DNA of 64,000 nucleotides from Trichosphaerium sp. ATCC 40318. Lineage: Eukaryota > Protista > Tubulinea. A model generated the notes under the pieces. It made no database searches. It was not told the DNA's origin and saw nothing but the letters and a program-made list of their open reading frames with translations. Below, in pieces: positions 56,727 to 64,000 of the stretch (positions are counted from its first letter, which is position 1; each line of letters begins with the position of its first letter). Location: positions 79,706 to 143,705 of the forward strand of contig JALMLS010000052.1 in NCBI GenBank assembly GCA_038496445.1. The letters run 5' to 3'. Made by a program: the position numbers and the translations under genes.

Positions 56727-59700
56727 ATGCATTTGGCAGCCGTTATCTCTTTTAAGCCACGGTATTACAAACGGCACTCTAAACCTCGAAAGACGCCCAG
56801 TTTCCTTCGTAGATTTCATATGGAGCCAAAAGAAAATCGTTTAGCGAAAGAAAAGGTAGGCCGTTATTACAACTTGCGTACTAACCTTCCTGTAGTCGCC
56901 ATACTTATTGCAGCATAAAAACAATCCCGTAGATTGGTAAAATAGGAGAAACTTCCACCTAACGCTCAAAATTAACGTAATGGCTATATAGGTACCCATG
57001 GGGAGATGAAGCAATTCAAAAGGCCGCAAAGGAAGACAAACCAATTTTTTTATCTGTTGGGTACAGTACTTGCCATTGTACGCCCTTGCTCGCTATTACA
57101 ATTGAAGCTGACGCCATTAGGGTGTCATGTCATGGAACATGAGTCATTTGAAAGTGAGGATGTAGCAAAGGTAATGAACGCGTACGTGCTCAACATGTTG
57201 TTAGTTTGTAGTTGTAAAACAGTGTTTTAGACACTTTGTCAATATCAAAGTAGATCGTGAAGAACGTCCAGATATTGATAAAGTGTACATGGTACAGTTT
57301 ATTTATACTGTTGAGTGATTCTAATGTATTTGACATTTAGACGTACTTGCAAGCCACTGATGGAGGAGGCGGTTGGCCAATGTCTGTATGGTTAACGCCA
57401 GAGTTGAAACCATTCCTGGCTGGTACTTACTTCCCACCAACATCTCAGGTGAGAAGTGGTTACGTAACGTTGTAAGTTACTTACTAACTAATATTACAGT
57501 ATGGACGTCCAGGATTCAAGACAATACTTGGAAAGATTGCAGAGTCTTGGAGAGAAAATAAGGATAAGTTGGTCAGTACTGGTGATCACGCAGCAAAAGC
57601 GTTGCTTCAAGCCAGTAATAATTCTGCTTATGCTAGTGCGTGTATATTTTTATCAAAAATAACTCTCCAAAGCACGTGCTAACACGCCATTGTTGTTGGA
57701 AAGACTGTTTTTTTTAATTTGAAGGACACTCTGACGCGTTGTAGGGGATGATCTACCAACATCTTTGTTGGATACATATTCTAAACAAATGGAAAGAAAC
57801 TATGATAGCGATAGAGGAGGTTGGAAACCTGCACCTAAAGTACGTTTTGGATATCGATACTATTTTAGTGTTCTTATGTGGTTGTAGTTTCCGCGTCCAG
57901 CTGTTCTTGATGGATTGCTTAGACATTATTATAGGACAAAAATAAAATCTTCTCTTGAAATGGTTACTCATACATTGAGAGCAATGCATGAAGGCGGTAT
58001 TTTCGATCATCTTGCCGGTGGTATGTGCTTTTAGTTCGTTCTTTTTTTTGAAGAAATATTCTACACCATGTGCTTAAATTAGATACAAAAGGTTTCCACA
58101 GGTATTCTGTTGATGAGTACTGGCATGTACCTCATTTTGAAAAGGTAAGATTCATCTTGGATCGGCTTATGGATTCTTGTTTCAATGAATTGTTTTGTTT
58201 AATTTGGTTTTTCTGTAGATGTTATATGATCAAAGTCAGCTTGTTATGGCTTATTTGAACGTTTGGCAGATTACTAAAGAAAAGTATTGGCTTGATGTAA
58301 GTTGTCTAGTGCTTGATTACGTTGATAAATACATGACACACAAAGGTATCATTTGCTAAGACTGTTTCCATTTTTCTTAGTTTCTTCTTACAGTATTAAA
58401 CTAGAGGGTGGGTTTTTTAGCGCTGAAGATGCTGATTCTCTTTGTGAGAAGTCTGGAAAGAAAAAAGAAGGTGTCTTCTACGTTTGGTCTCTTGAGGAGT
58501 TAAAGGTATTTTTCCCATCAATTGGAAGAGTCTTATTGTTGTTGTAGGACCTTCTCTCGGAGGAAGAACTTAGTGTTATCTGTAACGTATATAATGTCAA
58601 TAAAGAAGGTAACGTTAGGATGGTGAGTGATCCTCATCGAGAGTTTGTTGGATTGAATGTGTTGACGATATCAGAAACGTAATTCACTACCTCTTACTTT
58701 TCTTTTTACTTATCTTACTAGTGATGCACATGAGTCTCTGACCTCCGATCAGCAATCTCTATTATGTTCTGCCAAAAAAACACTTCTAAGCGCCAGAGAG
58801 AAACGTCCAAGACCTCATCTTGATGACAAGATTATCACATCTTGGAATGGCATGATGATAAGCGCTTTCGCTCGTGCAGGTACTTTTCTTTCGCTTTTGT
58901 GAAAACAATCGCAGATTTTCTTTTGTTGTTACTGATTCTTTATTTTAAATAGGAGCTGCTATGAATAATGAAAAGTATATAAACATTGCTAAGAAAGCTG
59001 CTGAGTTTATCCATTCTTCGCTTATGGTTGATGGAGTATTGCATAGATCTTACCGAGAAGGTGTTTCTGTTGTTAAAGGGTTTGCTGATGATCACGCATT
59101 TTTGATACAAGGATATCTAGATCTTTATAATACAACACAATGTGTTGATTATCTATCACGTGCTATATTACTTCAAAAATCCTTGGATGATCTTTTCTGG
59201 GATAAAAAAAATGGAGGATACTTTTTAACAGATGGTAAAGATCCTTCTGTTTTTATTCGTACGAAGGAAGAATATGGTACGTAATACAAATGCCTTACTG
59301 TTCACTAACATATTGTTTTTAAGATGGTGCAGAACCTTCTCCAAACAGCGTTGCTGGTCACAATCTCATACGTAAACTTACGAGTTTTCTTTTGTTTTTG
59401 GTCCAATTGCTTATTACTTTTTGAAGGTCTTTATGGTATTACTGGAAAGAAGCATTATAATGATCGTGCAGGAGAGTTGTTGAGGTCTTATAGGTACCAT
59501 CTTATTTGCAGTTCTTATTGTGCACTAACAAGTAACTCAAAGTGTGATGCTTGAAAAAGCACCAATGGCGGTACCACTACTGGCAGGCGCATTAGGTAAT
59601 ATCCTTTCTTTTTTTGTTGTTGCTTTCCTCTAGTTAATTGTTTTTGTAGACTCGTATATGCATCCTCCTTTACAAGTTTTGATTGTAGGGAAACGTTCAG

Positions 59701-59915
59701 ATAAGCGTACAAATGATTTATTATCTAAAATACATTCAACATACTTACCTGATACATCAATTCTGTTCAAGGATGTCGATGGTAGTCAAGAAGATTTAGA
59801 TGTTCTTGCAGATTATGTAAAGAGTGCTACAATGAAAGATGATGAACCTACAGCATATGTATGTAAAGACTTCTCGTGTATTCGAGCAAACAGTATTGAA
59901 GAGTTGCTGTCATGA
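56727..59915 (+). CDS. SPATA20: SPATA20/SSP411/YyaL thioredoxin-like + six-hairpin protein (start 56727 with possible targeting peptide, or 56820)
   Basis: NRLAKEK|[14 protein letters not shown]|[99 protein letters not shown]. Confidence 0.93.
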
Positions 59916-60312
59916 TTTTTCTTTGTGGTTCATTCCAAAAGAATAAACGTTTATTAATAAACTCTCAACACTCATGTTAAATGTACGTTAATGCCACAAC
60001 TACTGCATATGCAAAACATATCAAAAGATTCAAACTAACTCTAAAGAACGTTGACAACAACCCACATGTGCATTTTTGCACTATTCTAACATTCCAAATC
60101 TAGAAGTGGAGTTCTGAGATACAAAACTATGAAGTTGTCAAGCGTTTACATTTTGGCACATTATTAGACTGCGTAGGGGTATTGAATTACAGAGTAAATA
60201 AAATGGGATCTACTAGGTAGTGTATTTTTTCAGGCAAAAAAAGTTGAAAGTCACTTGTTTTCTCCGTGCAGTCTCAAAACGTCATCTAATCATCCCAAAC
60301 ACGCAACAAATC

Positions 60313-61851
60313 ATGAGTTTCTCAGGCGTTTCAATAGAACAAGCACTAACGTATTTTACAAAGAAAAACACAGAAGCTTTCGTTAAAATAATGGCAAACC
60401 AACACCAACTGTTTATGACGCAACTTGAAAGTATTTTAGACCTCTCAAACAAACGTCTTACAGAAAATCTTGATAATCTTTTCAAAGACACGTATATGAT
60501 TGTTAACCCAAAGAAACATGTCCCAGCAAGAGCGAAAGACCTTGTACCACATTATGAGGGCACCACAAAGTCACCAGAGTGTAAACGAACACAAAAACAA
60601 GACGTGAGAGGCGAAGAGGCAATAAACATTCTCAAACTTCCAATTGAGATCATTGCGTCTATTATAAGGCAAACATCTTCAAAGTCGAGATTTCGTTTTG
60701 CCCAATCATGTCATTTGATGGCTGATATAATTCATACTATTGTTGGATATAAACAAGTTTGTCTTCATTCTCCTCAAGACATTTTAAAGATAAGACAGTA
60801 TAGAGGCATTAAAAACAATAGTATTATTACTCTAAAGTTTGATAATACTGTATATTCATTATTGGATGGCTGTCGTGATATAAGGGTCACTAGAAAATAT
60901 AGGTATATAACAGATAGTGATTTAAAAGCAATTTCAGGCAGTGTTCAGACCATTGATCTATCAAGATGTATGAATGTGACAGATGAAGGAATAAAGGAGT
61001 TAAAGGGTGTTCATACAGTTAATCTAAATGGCACGTCAGTTACAGACGAAGGCATTAAAGCACTTGCTGGCGTTCATACAATTTACCTTAATAGCACATC
61101 AATTACGGATAAAGGTCTTAAATATTTAAGAGGTGTTCACAAAATCAGTCTTCAACTCTGCAACCATGTTACAGATAGAGGGATCAAAGCATTAAAAGGT
61201 GTTCATACAATTTACCTTAATAGCACATCAATTACAGATAAAGGTCTTAAATATTTAAGAGGTGTTCGCAAAATCAGTCTTTCGTCCTGTTTCCAAGTAA
61301 CAGATAGAGGGATCAAAGCATTGAAGGGTGTTCAAAAAATTAATCTTGATAGCACTTCAGTTTCAGATGAAGGTATCAAAGCACTACATGGTGTTCACAA
61401 TATCATGATTTCAAATTGCAGACATGTGACAGATGAAGGCATTAAAGCACTTGCTGGAGTTCATATTATTTTCCTCAATGGCACTTTAGTAACAGACAAA
61501 GGTGTTAAAGCACTTGCTGGAGTTCATACAATTACCCTTGATAGCAGTTTAGTTACAGATGAAGGTATTAAGTGTTTGGCAGGTGTTCATACAATCAGTC
61601 TTTCATTCTGCAAACATGTAACAGATAAAGGGATCAAAGCTTTAAAAGGAGTTCATACAATTATCCTTAGTCAAACTTCAGTTTCAGATGAAGGTATAAA
61701 AGCCTTGAAGGGTGTTCATATAATATACCTGCGAAACACAAAGGTGACCAAAGAAGGCATTAAAGAACTTAAAGGTGCTAAGATTTATGTTGGTGGCACT
61801 TCAATTGATATTCACGATGATGAACTACGTGATTATAATGTACAAAAATAA
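60313..61851 (+). CDS. Intronless F-box + leucine-rich-repeat protein
   Basis: Single ORF; F-box-like ILKLPIEIIASII..RFAQSC; about 13 LRRs of type GVHTIxLxxTxVTDEGIKAL. Confidence 0.85.
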   Translation: MSFSGVSIEQALTYFTKKNTEAFVKIMANQHQLFMTQLESILDLSNKRLTENLDNLFKDTYMIVNPKKHVPARAKDLVPHYEGTTKSPECKRTQKQDVRGEEAINILKLPIEIIASIIRQTSSKSRFRFAQSCHLMADIIHTIVGYKQVCLHSPQDILKIRQYRGIKNNSIITLKFDNTVYSLLDGCRDIRVTRKYRYITDSDLKAISGSVQTIDLSRCMNVTDEGIKELKGVHTVNLNGTSVTDEGIKALAGVHTIYLNSTSITDKGLKYLRGVHKISLQLCNHVTDRGIKALKGVHTIYLNSTSITDKGLKYLRGVRKISLSSCFQVTDRGIKALKGVQKINLDSTSVSDEGIKALHGVHNIMISNCRHVTDEGIKALAGVHIIFLNGTLVTDKGVKALAGVHTITLDSSLVTDEGIKCLAGVHTISLSFCKHVTDKGIKALKGVHTIILSQTSVSDEGIKALKGVHIIYLRNTKVTKEGIKELKGAKIYVGGTSIDIHDDELRDYNVQK

Positions 61852-62046
61852 TATGTAACATAAACAACTGTCAACATGTATTCGATGTGTAAAACGTTTA
61901 ATTGGCAATTATTTACAATTTCCCGCGAGTTTTCATAGCTGTCTACCACGTGAAAATTGGGTGCGGCTTATATGTTTGTTGTCGTCTCATAAAAGCAGTT
62001 CAGTGAAACTAAGTCACTATGCCAAGGCAATGCTATCGATGTAACT

Positions 62047-64000
62047 GTGGAAATCAATACAAGGGAGCAGTATATGGATAGATATAAAGTACAAGATACC
62101 TTGGCCGTCACGAAATTAGTGTATAGCGTAAACGTACATGAACACTTAGCAGGTATCGCGTGTACGCTGTTTGTAGTACCTTACGTTACAATAGAAATAA
62201 CTGAGGAGGTTCAATTCATAAACAACGAAAGAGAAGCGTTACACGTAGCAAACATATCAGTTCCGATTAATTCAGGTACAAGAGAACTCCTACAACCACG
62301 TTTATCTAACTGACTCAAAAAGGGGCCGTTGTATTCGGTTATGCTGTTGAAATTGATGGTAATATGGTAGACGCTGTAGTTGTGGAGCGGGAGAAGGCCG
62401 TACAGACGTTTGAACGAGAAACAGAGCGTTTTGAAAAAAACAAAACTTCAATCGGTCAAGCTGTCCAAAGCAATGCCTTTAGCATCAAGATAAGTGATAT
62501 TAAACCGTGTGAGTCTCGTAGAATAGTAGTAAAATGGATGGTAAAGCTACAAAGAAGAAGGTAGGACTTGTCGCAAAGCTAAAAAGACATAAATCCGAAA
62601 CGACCAAAACCTTTTTCTAACTGGTTCTTCTAGGAAGAATGAATGGGTGTTACCACTTGTTTACTATTCAAACTTTGATGTTTCTTTATCTTTGAATGTC
62701 ATGCAACGATCTGATTCAGCCCCGAGATTAAGTTACTTTGACAATAGCAAGGAACACAAAATAATGTTGAATCACGTGCGTGTAACAAAAATCAAGTTTT
62801 TCTTTTTTGATGTAAGAGAGGGCATTTCATTTTTCAAACGGTGGCCTACACAGATTGCTAATTGAAGATTAGTGCTCATTTGGAGACAACGATGAAGTTA
62901 ATTCGTTTTACGCTAGCATGGAAATGCAAAAGGGCTTGAAACAGCAGAGCTTGTTTGTTTCATCGAGTGATACAATGGCAATATCATGTGGCAACACTTG
63001 CTTCTTTAGTGTCGTGGATTCACCTAGTTTGAGTCATAACAATGTTGTTCCGAAACAAGAATCCACTAGCGACACGACTGTTGGTATATTTTGGAATAAC
63101 TCTGGCGCTCATGGAAGCAAAGTAGGTTCTGCTTTGCGTTCTGTTCTTCGGATGCTTAGAAGTTCAGTTGTAAATGTAGATGTGTATGCCTACAACATCG
63201 AAAGCTCGTTTATTAAGAGGTTTGATGCCAGAGATACTAATGGTTGTTTGTCGGTAAGTATTTGTCTCCAGTTTGTTTGAATTTTTTGTCGTAATGAATC
63301 ATTTCTAGTGTCTCGAGAACCTTAGTTCTACTTCAGATGGAGGTGTTGACTTAGGTACTATTGATTTTCCAGCAACATCGAGCGATGGAAAACAATACAG
63401 CTGTCATATTTTTTTTGGTATGTACACAGCGACATTACAATATTCTTCGTTTAAACCACTAACTAAAGTTTGCAGGTGATGGAGAGTCAACATTTGGTGA
63501 GAAGTACCCTTCTATCAAAGCATCAGCGCCAATTATTGTGATTGAAGATGTGGTTGTGAACGATATTAATCTATCCAAGCTGGTTCAGCAAAGCGGTGGT
63601 GAGCGTGTTAAAAAAGGAGCTGATCCAAGTACGTTCTTACTACTTGAGTACAACTCAAATACTTACCTTTAACTCAGCTTCCGCATTGAGACACTGTATG
63701 AAAAAGGATAAATCTGTTAAGTTTTTGGGGGCAAGATTGAAATCGAAGGAATCTCTTGAAGGTAACATTGAAATGGTATCGGTCAGTTTCTAAGAATTTT
63801 CGTTTAGTGTTTCCAAGTTTTCCTTCGCGAGTACCTGCTGATGGTACCTTTTCTCTTGTTGGTAAATGCAATTCCTCCCAAAGAAGTTTAGAGTTGAGTA
63901 TATGCTATGGTAGCGGAAGCCAAGTAATAACCACTTCAGAGCATGCGATTCCTTCATACGAAGTTGGCTCTAAAAAAGGTACGATTTGAACTTGGCTTTT
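62047..64000 (+). CDS. VIT-domain protein, start uncertain, runs off the window end
   Basis: EEVQFINNE..ISVPINS|GAVVFGYAVEIDGNMVDAVVVEREKAVQTFERE..NAFSIKISDIKP; later GIFWNNSGAH and F|GDGESTFGE suggest a vWA-like region. Confidence 0.72.

Overview
Compact, AT-rich, intron-dense eukaryotic DNA. Most introns are 40-70 nt GT-AG, with several GC-AG, so the ORF track is fragmented and genes were rebuilt by manual splicing; exon boundaries are approximate. The gene repertoire (Frizzled/Smoothened-like GPCR, G8-domain protein, V4R-domain TKL kinase) suggests an amoebozoan-like protist (inference). About 20 protein genes are present: PAK/STE20 kinase, C-type lectin, GPI-type surface protein, SDR, Hsp101/ClpB, ABCC/MRP, an RRP6-like nuclease, a Cys-rich secreted protein, an FSL receptor, a CBM-G8 protein, NHLRC2-like, two F-box/MORN paralogs, a saposin/P-domain/choice-of-anchor-B protein, chlorophyllase-like hydrolase, macro-kinase-V4R, uL13m, RPL35, SPATA20, F-box/LRR and a VIT protein. 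The top finding is the minus-strand gene at 20429-23754. It appears to fuse an intact RRP6-like DEDD-Y exonuclease and HRDC domain to a dsRNA-binding domain and an MDA5/RIG-I C-terminal-domain-like zinc module, making it a candidate single-chain dsRNA sensor-nuclease (possible antiviral system). All domain calls are by-eye motif recognition; no searches were run.
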